Of a stretch of 64,000 nucleotides of DNA, positions 21,143 through 31,912 are shown in pieces. The DNA lies in assembly GCA_963738825.1 (NCBI GenBank), contig CAVTYB010000008.1, forward strand, positions 18,449-82,448, given 5' to 3'. This DNA comes from an uncultured Alphaproteobacteria bacterium (lineage in GTDB: Bacteria > Pseudomonadota > Alphaproteobacteria > Sphingomonadales > Sphingomonadaceae). Position numbers and translations under genes: made by a program. Every line of letters begins with the position of its first letter. The stretch's first letter is position 1. The notes below the pieces were generated by a model, which saw only the letters and a list, made by a program, of their open reading frames with translations, made no database searches and was not told the origin of the DNA.

Positions 21143-21256
21143 CTGTAGATGTGGGGCGGAACGCGGACTGCTGACGCGCTCAATTGGTCGATGAAAAGCA
21201 GACATTGCTCGGCGCAGACGAAAGCACTGAGGAAAAGTAGACGGAGCGTCGAATTC

Positions 21257-21946
21257 TCAAAGTTTCAACCCGACGGAGACGTAAGCAATGTTATCGTTCG
21301 TGTCTTTCCCGTGCGGAACGAAACCGTGCTGGTTCATGTAGCCAATGTCTGCACTGAAGTGCTTGCTGATAGGTGTTGTAATAGCGACCAGGCTTCTAAG
21401 CCGCTCCAGACCGTGAACGCTCTGGAAAGTCGTGGTGTTGAGATCGAAGAAGGGTTCCTCGCTAAGCGTTAATCCAACCTTGCTCCGGCTACTGAAGGGC
21501 ACTGTGTAGCGAAGATAGGGCCGTAACCTCCACCCGGTGCCGTTCTGGCCATCCCGCCAGCGTTGCTCGAGGCGGACGCGACCGCTTAACTGCCCACTGG
21601 CCAGCTTCCCTAAATTGCTCGACACCAGGTGCTCGACCAAGCGATGTTCCATGACGGAAAAATCGCCCGCGGCGTATTGCGGGTCGTGATCGTATCCGGC
21701 CCAGATGCTCACGGTCTTGCTTAGTTGGTATCCAACTAGGGTGTTCGCCTCCAGCTCATATAGCCCGTGCTTGTTGTCGCTGAAGCGGGCGGTCATATCC
21801 TGCGAGACGTTCCACTTATCCGAGAGCTTTACCGTCACGCTGCCGCCGGTCCAGAGTTGCAAATCGCTTGCCCTCGCCGCTGCAGGTTCGAAGAAGACCA
21901 GCATGCCTAATGCTGCCACCGCCGCTACTCGGAACAAAATGACCAC
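21257..21946 (-). CDS. DUF2490 family outer-membrane protein
   Basis: Signal peptide, QLW, RVRLEQRW, RLRPYLRY, E-F, IGYMNQ. Confidence 0.8.
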   Translation of the reverse strand: MVILFRVAAVAALGMLVFFEPAAARASDLQLWTGGSVTVKLSDKWNVSQDMTARFSDNKHGLYELEANTLVGYQLSKTVSIWAGYDHDPQYAAGDFSVMEHRLVEHLVSSNLGKLASGQLSGRVRLEQRWRDGQNGTGWRLRPYLRYTVPFSSRSKVGLTLSEEPFFDLNTTTFQSVHGLERLRSLVAITTPISKHFSADIGYMNQHGFVPHGKDTNDNIAYVSVGLKL

Positions 21947-22015
21947 TCTTGTCTCCTGCTGAATGCAATGGCTCGCGCAGCACGGCGTGAGCGCAGTTCG
22001 CCTCAAGTCGTTAAT

Positions 22016-22118
22016 TCAGGTTTCGCCGAGCGTCGTCGCCAAGATCTTGATGATCCAGAAGCCCAGCGTGACTGCGGGGATCCAGGTGAGCACTTCGTAC
22101 CTCGCGTTGCTCTGACAT
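22016..22118 (-). pseudogene. 5' remnant of a second DUF347/COG4705 gene
   Basis: Encodes PAVTLGFWIIKILATTLGET then stop, the same peptide as in 16155-16955. Confidence 0.8.
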
Positions 22119-22242
22119 CTGGCTCCGCTTTCGCGGATTCACCGCGTCTTCAATAACGGCCTCGGCACCGTTGGTGCGTGAAAAATAGCCAATGTCCGCT
22201 TGGGTCGAAAGCTGAGATCCCGGCGTTCGACATTGCGGAGAA

Positions 22243-22677
22243 TTAGGCGCTGATGGCAACCATCACTGCGCCAAGGGCAATCAGACCGACGCCAATCGTA
22301 TTCAATAGGGTCAGCCGTTCGCCAAGAAACAAAACTCCGAAGATCGCGACCAGAACGACGCTCAGCTTATCGATTGGTGCGACACGAGCAGCTTCACCGA
22401 TCTTGAGTGCTCTGAAATAGCAAATCCAAGACGCGCCGGTCGCTAGACCAGAGAGAACCAGAAACACCACGGTCCGGCGAGCCAGCGTATGCGGCGGTTG
22501 CCATTCGCCTGTCGCAGCAACAATGCCGCTCAGCACGATTAGAATTACGACGGTCCGAAGCAACGTCGCGAAGTCTGAGTTCACTTTCTCGATACCGACC
22601 TTCGCGAAGATCGCCGTAAGGGCCGCGAAAGCGGCTGAAAGCAACGCCCAGAATTGCCAGGCACCGAATATCTTCAT
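22243..22677 (-). CDS. EamA/DMT family small transporter
   Basis: WALLSAAFAALTAIFAKVG, SGLATGASW, VAPIDKLSV, FLGE. Confidence 0.9.
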   Translation of the reverse strand: MKIFGAWQFWALLSAAFAALTAIFAKVGIEKVNSDFATLLRTVVILIVLSGIVAATGEWQPPHTLARRTVVFLVLSGLATGASWICYFRALKIGEAARVAPIDKLSVVLVAIFGVLFLGERLTLLNTIGVGLIALGAVMVAISA

Positions 22678-22887
22678 GTCTGAATTCCAGCTCTAGCAGC
22701 GTCCTCGATCCACGCCACCGCCAACTCGGAGCCTCCTGAGGTATGTCTGCTTCGTGTGGAAAGATACGGTAATGGGCCGCGCCTTCAGATTGACTGGAGG
22801 AGTGGCTGTCCCCCGATCATGATGGAGTGACGGGGTCTCAGGTGATTGTGGTGCCTCGAAGCCCCGCTAGCCTGATGGAGGACAGCC

Positions 22888-23117
22888 GCGGAGCATTATG
22901 CCGGATTAGACGTGTCGCTGGAACTGACGAGTGTGTGCATCGTCGACGAACGGGGAACGACCGTTCGCGAGACCAAGGTGCCAAGCGAACGCCCAAGACG
23001 ATTCGCAAGCAGCTTTCGTCGATAGAAGATTGCGAAGGGAGCGCCTTCCAGTGGGGCCCAGTGGATGGCCGGCTTTCAAGTGCCGTAGCCAAGGGATCAA
23101 CGCTCTCGCTCATGCCG
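22888..23117 (+). pseudogene. IS110-family transposase N-terminal remnant
   Basis: GGAGG RBS then (GCG)-EHYAGLDVSLELTSVCIVDERGTTVRETKVPSE, the DEDD RuvC-like start; start codon mutated, frame decays. Confidence 0.8.
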
Positions 23118-23179
23118 AGAACATTATAATCGGCTTTATACGCCGTGAGATTCCGCTTTGATTTCAAAGCCCATCGGAA

Positions 23180-23220
23180 TTTAGCAAACCGCTGGTTTCA
23201 GCCACTCACCCACGTCTCCG
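23180..23220 (-). repeat. att site: orphan 5' half of tRNA-Ser(GCT)
   Basis: Identical to 10720-10760; ends just past the anticodon loop. Confidence 0.9.
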
Positions 23221-23286
23221 AGCAGCGGCCAGGAGCGGGCGGCTATATAAGGCGGCTTCGCCGCTGTTCAACCTGAAACGCCGCGG

Positions 23287-24193
23287 CTATTTCGGAATGA
23301 CGTCCAGCCGCATGTCGAGGCTCATCGACTGCCCCGGATCGAGCACGCGCATGCCCAGCTCCGGCCACTCGCTCTCCGGCTGCGTTCAGCGCCGCATTGG
23401 CGTGCGTGACCGGCTCGGCGACGAAGATGCCGCCCTGCGCGCGGCGAATAGAGCTGGAAGAACTTGCGCTTCGGGCGACGACAGGCGGAGCTCGTACGGC
23501 CAGTCTGGATCGGTCATCCGCGCCTCGCCGCCCCAGCCGCCGAAGCCGTTGTCGAGATCCTGGCCGCAAACGAGCCGATTCGCGAAGATCATAGCGTCCT
23601 TCGGCGCGGACCTTCTCGACCGGCAGCACATTCTCGTCGATCGTCCACGCGCAATCGACGTGCGTGTCGATCCGGGTCTCGCGGTCCGCAGTCGAAATAG
23701 GGATGCTGGCCAAGGCCGCAGGGCATCGGCTCGTCGCTGCGTGTTGCGGCAGATCAGGCGAACCGAGAAGCCGCGTTCGTCGAGCGCGAATTCCTGCCGC
23801 GCCTCGTACGACCAGGGCCATTCGCCCGGCTCGTGGCGGTAAGTGCAGGACGGCGCTCGTTCGCATCGTGCGCGTTCGACGGTCCACGGGTTGAGCCAGC
23901 CCTGTCCGTGCAAGCGGGCTCGGGTCGCCGGCCATGTTCGGCTCGAGCCGGACATCCGCGCCCGCGGAAGGTGAAGTCGCCCCCCGCGGATGCGGTTGAC
24001 GTAGGGCACGAGCGGAAAGCAGGGGGCGTCGAGAACCTTTTCGAGAGGAGTGTGGCATTTGCGCAATATTGCTCTCGGGCCATTGTCGTCCGAGCCATTC
24101 GAAGGCTGAAATTGCGCCGCCGATTGAAGGACTTAGCCTCAATCTCAAGCGTCCGCTTTCGAGTGTCAGCGACCCGACTTCTGAAGGTTTCAT
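23287..24193 (-). CDS. Aldose 1-epimerase family protein (multiple frameshifts)
   Basis: PSIGGAI, FPLVPYVNRI, LHGQGW, WPWSY, DLDNGFGGWGG, FVAEPVTHANAALN across frames. Confidence 0.85.
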
Positions 24194-24305
24194 TTCAAAA
24201 CTATTCACAGGCTGGCAACTTCGCTGGGGATAAAGGTCGATTATGCGTTGCGCGCTGAATCGCGCCAAATGTATTTAACGCCCCGGGGGCCGGGGAGGGT
24301 CACTG

Positions 24306-24630
24306 ATGAAACGACGCGTCAAAGGATTTCGTCGATATTGCCGACCATGTGTCGCTCGACGAACTCATCGACAAACTGGCTGAGGTGCGTGACAGCCTTC
24401 CTGACGGATCCGATGCCGAGCTGAGACTTCGCGGCGACGAGGTCTTCGGGCACCGGATCACCATCTCCTTCTTCCGCGAGCAGACCGAGGAGGAAGCCGA
24501 GATCGAGAAGCGCTACGCCGAAGCCGCGAAAGAGGCGAAGGAGCGCGAGCTCGAGCGGCTCCAGGCCGAACTTGGCGTCGTTTGCTATTCCGCGCCCGGC
24601 AAGCGCGGGAAATTGAGGATCGTCGCCTAG
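24306..24630 (+). CDS. Small conserved hypothetical protein (frameshift near start)
   Basis: MKRRVK...DHVSLDELI...LRGDEVFGHRITISFFRE; GGAGGG RBS. Confidence 0.6.
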
Positions 24631-24638
24631 GCGACCGC

Positions 24639-25123
24639 TCAGGCTGGCCTGAAGTTCAGGGCCAGCCCGTTCATGCAATAGCGCAGTCCGGTCGGTTTCG
24701 GACCGTCGTCGAAAACGTGCCCGAGATGCCCGCCGCAGCGCGCGCACAGGACTTCCGTTCGTCTCCATCATCAGGCTGTTATCGGCTCGCGTCACGACCG
24801 CATTCGGAAGCGGCTTCCAGAAGCTCGGCCATCCGGTCCCGCTTTCGAACTTCGTTGCCGAGCTGAACAGCGGGAGCGCGCAGCCGGCGCAGACGAACGT
24901 GCCCTTGCGATGTTCGTTGAGGAGCGGGCTCGAGAAGGCCCGTTCGGTCGCGGCTTCGCGCAGAATCGCATAGCGCTGGGTTCCGAGCAATTGCTTCCAC
25001 TGCGCGGGCGCGCGACTGACGGTAAAATTCATGCTCGCAGCGGAGCCGCCACTGCGTCCGAATATGAGCAGGCTGACGTGCGGCGGTACCGGCGAGGCCG
25101 AGAAATGCGCGACGGTCGTTCAT
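24639..25123 (-). CDS. msrB: Peptide-methionine (R)-S-oxide reductase, Tat-type signal (frameshifted)
   Basis: [43 protein letters not shown]. Confidence 0.92.
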
Positions 25124-25198
25124 ACTTGGTTATAGCTCCGTAACCAATTGCGCTGAGTCCCCTACCCGACTTAAGCTGAACCGAGCCCGAACTCCTCC

Positions 25199-26926
25199 AT
25201 GCTATTGATCCTGCTCGCCTATATCGGCGGAATCCTCACGATCCTCAGCCCGTGCATCCTCCCGGTGCTTCCGTTCGTATTCGCGCGCGCAGATCGGCCC
25301 TTCGTGCGAAGCACTTTGCCGATGCTCGCCGGAATGGCGGCAACCTTTGCAATCGTCGCCACGCTCGCTGCAGTCGGCGGCGGATGGGCGGTGCGTGCCA
25401 ATGCAATCGGCCGCTGGGCCGCGCTGGCGCTCCTTGCGATGTTCGGAATCGCGCTCGTCTTCCCGAGCGTCTCGGACCGATTGACGCGTCCACTCGTGGC
25501 GCTCGGCTCCCGCCTGACGGAAAAGGAAGGACAGCAGGACAGCGTCTGGTCGTCGGTGATCCTGGGTGTGGCGACCGGTCTGCTATGGGCGCCGTGCGCT
25601 GGACCGATCCTCGGCATCATCTTCACCGCTGCGGCGCTCCAGGGTGCAAGCTTCAATACAACGCTGCTGCTTCTCGCTTATGCGCTCGGCGCGGCGACGT
25701 CGTTGGCGCTTGCGCTGCTGGTCGGCGGCAAGGTCTTTGCCCGGATGAAAAAGTCACTCGGGGCGAGCGAGCGCATCCGCCAGGTCCTCGGCGTGCTCGT
25801 CCTCGTCGGAGTAGCGGCGATCGCCTTCGGGTTCGACACTAAGGTGCTCTCCAGGATCTCGAGTGCGCAAACCGCGGGCATCGAATCTGGCCTCGCGCGG
25901 AAACTTGGCGCAAGCCAGTCGATGGATCAGAGCTCGACGCTCACCAACGCGGCCGGCGAGCTCGTGCTTCCGGTTCTGGGAACCCTGCCGCCGCTCGACG
26001 GAATCGGGCCGTGGTTCAACAGCCCGCCGCTGACCAACGCGCAACTCAGGGGCAAGGTCGTGCTGATCGACTTCTGGACCTACAGCTGCATCAACTGCCT
26101 GCGGACGCTTCCCTATTTGAAGGCTTGGGACGCGAAGTATCGCAAGGATGGGCTCGTCATCATCGGAGTCCACGCACCCGAATTCGCATTCGAGCGCGAG
26201 CCTTCGAACGTCGCAAAGGCTATCCAGGATCTGGGGGTTCGCTACCCCGTCGCGCTCGACAACGAATATGTGCTGTGGAACGCGCTGCACAACCAATATT
26301 GGCCGGCGCATTACTTCGTCGATGCGCAGGGCCGCATTCGCTATGTCCATCATGGCGAAGGCGAGTATGCGATGTCGGAACGCGTGATCCGGCAGCTTCT
26401 CGCCGAAGCCGGCCGCGCGCCCTCGGAAGGCATGTCACAGGAGAGCGCGAGCGGCGCCGAGGCGGCAGCGGAATTCGGCGAGATCGGCTCGCCGGAGACC
26501 TATATCGGCTATTATCGCGCCGAGCGTTTCGTCTCGCCGGGCGGCCTCGTTCACGACAAGCCGAAGACCTATGCGCCATCCTCGCTTGCGCTGAATGACT
26601 GGGCGCTAGCGGGCGACTGGATCGACAATCGCCAGAGCGCCCGTTCGCTGGCGCCCGCTGCGGCGATATCGTTCCGCTTCCACGCGCGCGACCTGCATCT
26701 CGTGCTCGGTTCCTCCAACGGCAAGCCGGTGCGGTTCACGGTCACTGTGGACGGGAAAGCGCCCGGAGCCGACGCGGGCGTGGATGTGAAGCCGGACGGC
26801 AGCGGCGTCGTGACCGGGCAGCGCCTCTACCAGCTGGTTCGGCAGAAAGGCGCCGTTCGCGACCACAGTTTCACGATCACATTCCTCGATCCGGGTGTGG
26901 AGGCCTTCTCCTTCACCTTCGGCTGA
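25199..26926 (+). CDS. dipZ: DipZ protein (CcdA/DsbD TM domain + thioredoxin + C-terminal domain)
   Basis: SPCILPVLP, WAPCAGPILG, DFWTYSCINC, GVHAPEFAFE, AFSFTFG. Confidence 0.92.
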   Translation: MLLILLAYIGGILTILSPCILPVLPFVFARADRPFVRSTLPMLAGMAATFAIVATLAAVGGGWAVRANAIGRWAALALLAMFGIALVFPSVSDRLTRPLVALGSRLTEKEGQQDSVWSSVILGVATGLLWAPCAGPILGIIFTAAALQGASFNTTLLLLAYALGAATSLALALLVGGKVFARMKKSLGASERIRQVLGVLVLVGVAAIAFGFDTKVLSRISSAQTAGIESGLARKLGASQSMDQSSTLTNAAGELVLPVLGTLPPLDGIGPWFNSPPLTNAQLRGKVVLIDFWTYSCINCLRTLPYLKAWDAKYRKDGLVIIGVHAPEFAFEREPSNVAKAIQDLGVRYPVALDNEYVLWNALHNQYWPAHYFVDAQGRIRYVHHGEGEYAMSERVIRQLLAEAGRAPSEGMSQESASGAEAAAEFGEIGSPETYIGYYRAERFVSPGGLVHDKPKTYAPSSLALNDWALAGDWIDNRQSARSLAPAAAISFRFHARDLHLVLGSSNGKPVRFTVTVDGKAPGADAGVDVKPDGSGVVTGQRLYQLVRQKGAVRDHSFTITFLDPGVEAFSFTFG

Positions 26927-26930
26927 GGCT

Positions 26931-28260
26931 TCAGATCACCATGCGGATGTTCGCGCCGCCTTCCGGGCGCCGTCGAGCGCGCAGATCGACCCGCCATGCG
27001 CCAGCGCGACCTGCCTGGCGAAGCTGAGGCCGACGCCGCTGCCGCCCTTGTGCGTCGTGTAGAAGGGCAGGAAGATGTCCTCGCGGCGGTCCTCGGGGAT
27101 GCCGCGGCCGTTGTCGCGCACTTCGATCCGGAAATGGCCCGTCGGCTTCGCGCGCGAGCGCCGAGCACGACGATCGGCTGGCTCGAGCTCGGCGGTCGCC
27201 CGGATCGAGTTGCGCAGCAGGTTGAGCAGCGGCCTGGGCGAGCAGTTCGGGGTCGGCGTTGAGGCTCATCGTCTTGGGCTCGACCTCGACCCGCGCGTCG
27301 ATCTTGCGGTCGGCCGCATTGGCGAGCGCAAGGCGCATGATCTCCTCGGCCCAGGGCTTCGCCTTGAACTGGCGGCGGTGGACGTCGGGCGCCTGCGCAA
27401 ATTCGCGATAGCTTTCGACGAAGCGCAGGATGCCTTCGGCGCGCCGGGCGACCGTCTCGGTCGCGCTCTTCGCGTCGCCGAGCGCATCGTCGCGCTTGGC
27501 CGCCGCCGCGACGAGCTCGGCGCCCGGTCCGCGCGAGCGAGGTGACCGGAGTCAGCGAATTCATGATCTCGTGCGTGAGCACGCGCACGAGGTCGGCCTG
27601 CGCCGCGACCTCGAGCGCGCCGAGCTCGCTCTGCACCGGCAGGATCGAGAGGACGGTCACCGGCTGGTCGAGGCGCGCGACCTGGGCGGAAGCGAAGATC
27701 GCCTTCTGCGGCACGCCGTCGAGGACCAGCCGAGTGATCTTGCGCGTGCCCGGCGGCAGGCGAACTGCGGCGGCAAGCTCGGGCCCGAGCGCATCGAGGT
27801 CGCTCGATCCGGTTGAGCGGATGGCGCGCGAACAGCTGGCGCGCGGCCTTGTTGAGGACCTCGATCGCGCCCGTCCTGATCGACGGTGAGCAGCGCGCTC
27901 GGCGCATCGTCGACGATCGCCGACGAGATAGCGCGCCTCGGCGCTTTCCTGCGTGTGCCGCGCCTGCAGGCGTCTTCAGCGCCTGATCGAGCGTCTGCCC
28001 AAGCACGTCGAACCCGCCGCCGCTGGGATCGGAAAAGCGCTGCGAATAATCCTCGAAGCGCACGCATCTCGATGAACCGCGAGACGAGGAAGTTGGTGCG
28101 GCGGATGAAGTTCCACAGGCTCGCGAGCGCGGCGACGCCGACGAGTGCGGCGACGACGAGGCCGGCGCGCACGCCCGGCGTCGCCGCGGCCTTGACGACG
28201 AGCAGGATCGCGCCGATGAGGAGGATCGTGCGCCAGGCGAGCCCGAACTCGAACTTGCGC

Positions 28261-28271
<11 letters not shown>
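26931..28271 (-). CDS. Sensor histidine kinase (multiple frameshifts)
   Basis: LTHEIMNSLTP H-box, DNGRGI, FLPFYTT, GSGVGL. Confidence 0.88.
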
Positions 28272-29647
<1,376 letters not shown>

Positions 29648-29713
29648 GCTACTTCTGTAGCGCAGCTGTCCGGAAATGAACAGTGCCTTCTGCAAATAAT
29701 GACTCAGCTCGAT

Positions 29714-29729
29714 TGGCACGGCGCTTGCA
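29714..29729 (+). promoter_or_regulatory. Sigma54 -24/-12 promoter of the efflux operon
   Basis: TGGCACGGCGCTTGCA matches TGGCAC-N5-TTGCW. Confidence 0.85.
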
Positions 29730-29842
29730 GCGATTGAGGACATGAACGATCGATCGCACTCACGATCTTGTCAGAGAGCAGGCGTCGCGATCGAGCCGCG
29801 TGCGCTGTCCGTTTCCGGACAATCACTGTTCGGAGGTGGACA

Positions 29843-31174
29843 GTGAGCCTGGTCGAGCTGCGCCAGTCCAACCGCTCCGAAGCCGTCAGCGGCGGCGCGA
29901 TGGACCGCGTCGTCGAGCGCAAGCGGCTCGACCAGCGGATCCTGATCGGCGGCGGCCGTCGCGGCCGTCGCTGCTCCTGATCGTCCTGTTCTGGCTGTTC
30001 GCGCCGCGCGCGGATTCGATGATCGGTCAGCGCGCGACCGGCTGACGATCTCCGACAGTCCAGTCCGGCACGTTCGACGACTTCCTGCCGCTGCGCGCGC
30101 GGGTCACTCCGCTCGTCACCGTCTACCTCGACGCGGTCGAGGGCGGCCGGGTCGACAAGAAGCTGGTCGAGGACGGCGCCCAGGTCGACGCAGGGCCAGC
30201 TGCTCGCCGTCCTGTCCAACGCCGAGCTGCAGCTCTCGACGCTCGAGAAGCAGGCCGAGGTCGAGCAGCAGCTCAACAACATGCGCAGCCAGGAGCTGGC
30301 GCTCACCAAGACCCGCAACGCCAACCTGCGCGACCTCAACCAGGCCGAGACCGACCTCGCCAAGGCGCGGCGGCAGTACGACCTCTACAAGCCGCTCGCC
30401 GAGCAAGGGCTTCGTCGCGATGAAGACCTTCAACGACACCAAGGACGACCTCGATTACCAGACCAAGCGCCTCGCAGATCCTGAAGCAGAGCATCGCCCA
30501 GACCGAGGCGCTGCAGACGAGCCAGCTGGCGCAGCTGCGCTCGGCCGCGGCGCTCGCTCAACAGCAGCATGGGCGATCGCCCGGAGCAACCTTGGCCAGC
30601 TCAACATCCGCGCGCCGGTGACGGGCCAGCTCAGCGGCTTCGACATCCAGCTCGGCCAGTCGCTCCAGCAGGGCGAGCGGATCGGCCAGATCGACAGCGC
30701 CGGCGGCAACAAGCTGCAGGCGGACGTCGACGAATATCTATCTCGGCCGCGTCGCGCGTCGGGCAGACCGCGACCGCCGACGTCGACGGCAAGACCTACC
30801 GGCTGAAGGTCGCCAAGGTCTATCCGCAGGTCCGCAACGGCCAGTTCCAGATCGACCTGCGTGTTCGACGGCGCCGGAGCCCGCGTCGATGCAGCGCGGC
30901 CAGACGCATCCAGGCCAAGCTGACCGCTCGGCGATTCGTCGAAGGCGCTGCTGATCCCCAACGGCGCCTTCTTCAACGACACCGGCGGCAACTGGGTGTT
31001 CGTCGTCGACAGGAGCGGCAACGGCGCGACCAAGCGCCAGGTCCAGCTCGGCCGCCGCAACAGCCGATTTCATCGAGGTGCTCGAGCGGGCTCAAGCCCG
31101 GCGAGCGCGTGATCACCTCTTCCTACAGCGGGCTGACCGACAAGGACCACCTGACCTTCAGCTCCGGCGATTAA
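29843..31174 (+). CDS. Efflux periplasmic adaptor subunit, HlyD/MacA-like (frameshifted)
   Basis: TVYLDAVEGGRV, IRAPVTGQLSG, KVYPQVRNGQF, GLKPGERVITSSY. Confidence 0.85.
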
Positions 31175-31190
31175 GAAAGGAAACCGACTC

Positions 31191-31872
31191 GTGCTGACCA
31201 TGACCGGCCTGACCAAGACCTACCGCACCGATACGGTCGAGACGACCGCGCTCGACAGCGTCGATCTCGACATCGCCGACGGCGAGTTCGTCGCGATCAT
31301 GGGCCCTTCGGGCTGCGGCAAGTCGACCCTGCTCAACGTGATGGGCATGCTCGATAGCCCGACCGGCGGCTCCTACGTCTTCAACGGCCAGGAGGTCGCG
31401 GGCCTCAGCGAATCGCAGCTCGCCGACACGCGCAAGAGCAACATCGGCTTCATCTTCCAGAGCTTCAATCTGGTCGACGAGCTGACCGTTCGCGAGAATG
31501 TCGAGCTCGCGCTTGCTCTACCACAACTTCCCGGCGTCCGAGCGCAGGGCGCGGGTCGACCGGGTGCTCGACAAGGTCGGCATCGCGCACCGCGCCAAGC
31601 ATCGCCCGACGCAGCTGTCGGGCGGCCAGCAGCAGCGCGTCGCGGTCGCCCGCGCGCTGGTCGGCGAGCCCAAGCTGATCCTCGCCGACGAGCCGACCGG
31701 CAACCTCGACACCGCGCATGGCGAGGAGGTGATGCGCATGCTTCGCCAGCTCAACCAGGAAGGCTCGACCATCGTCATGGTCACCCACTCGCCGGCGCAC
31801 GCCGACTTCGCGAGCCGGGTCGTCAACATGCTCGACGGCCGGATCCTCCAGGAGCGGCGGCGCGCCGCCTGA
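31191..31872 (+). CDS. ABC ATP-binding protein, MacB/LolD type (frameshift near 31515)
   Basis: [47 protein letters not shown]. Confidence 0.92.
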
Positions 31873-31912
31873 ACGAATCGTGAATCCACTGCTTGCGGAG
31901 AGGACAGTCACC

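Larger units (their letters stand above)
10720..23220. mobile_element. ~12.4 kb island inserted at the anticodon loop of tRNA-Ser(GCT), duplicating the 5' half
   Basis: 41-bp exact direct repeat 10720-10760 / 23180-23220; accessory genes between; no integrase seen. Confidence 0.8.

Noticed and set aside
29806-29821. Similarity of TGTCCG...CGGACA boxes to the array-site arms
   Set aside because: The spacing differs (4 vs 14 bp), there is no GGGTCG core, and the boxes are explained by the adjacent sigma54 activator.
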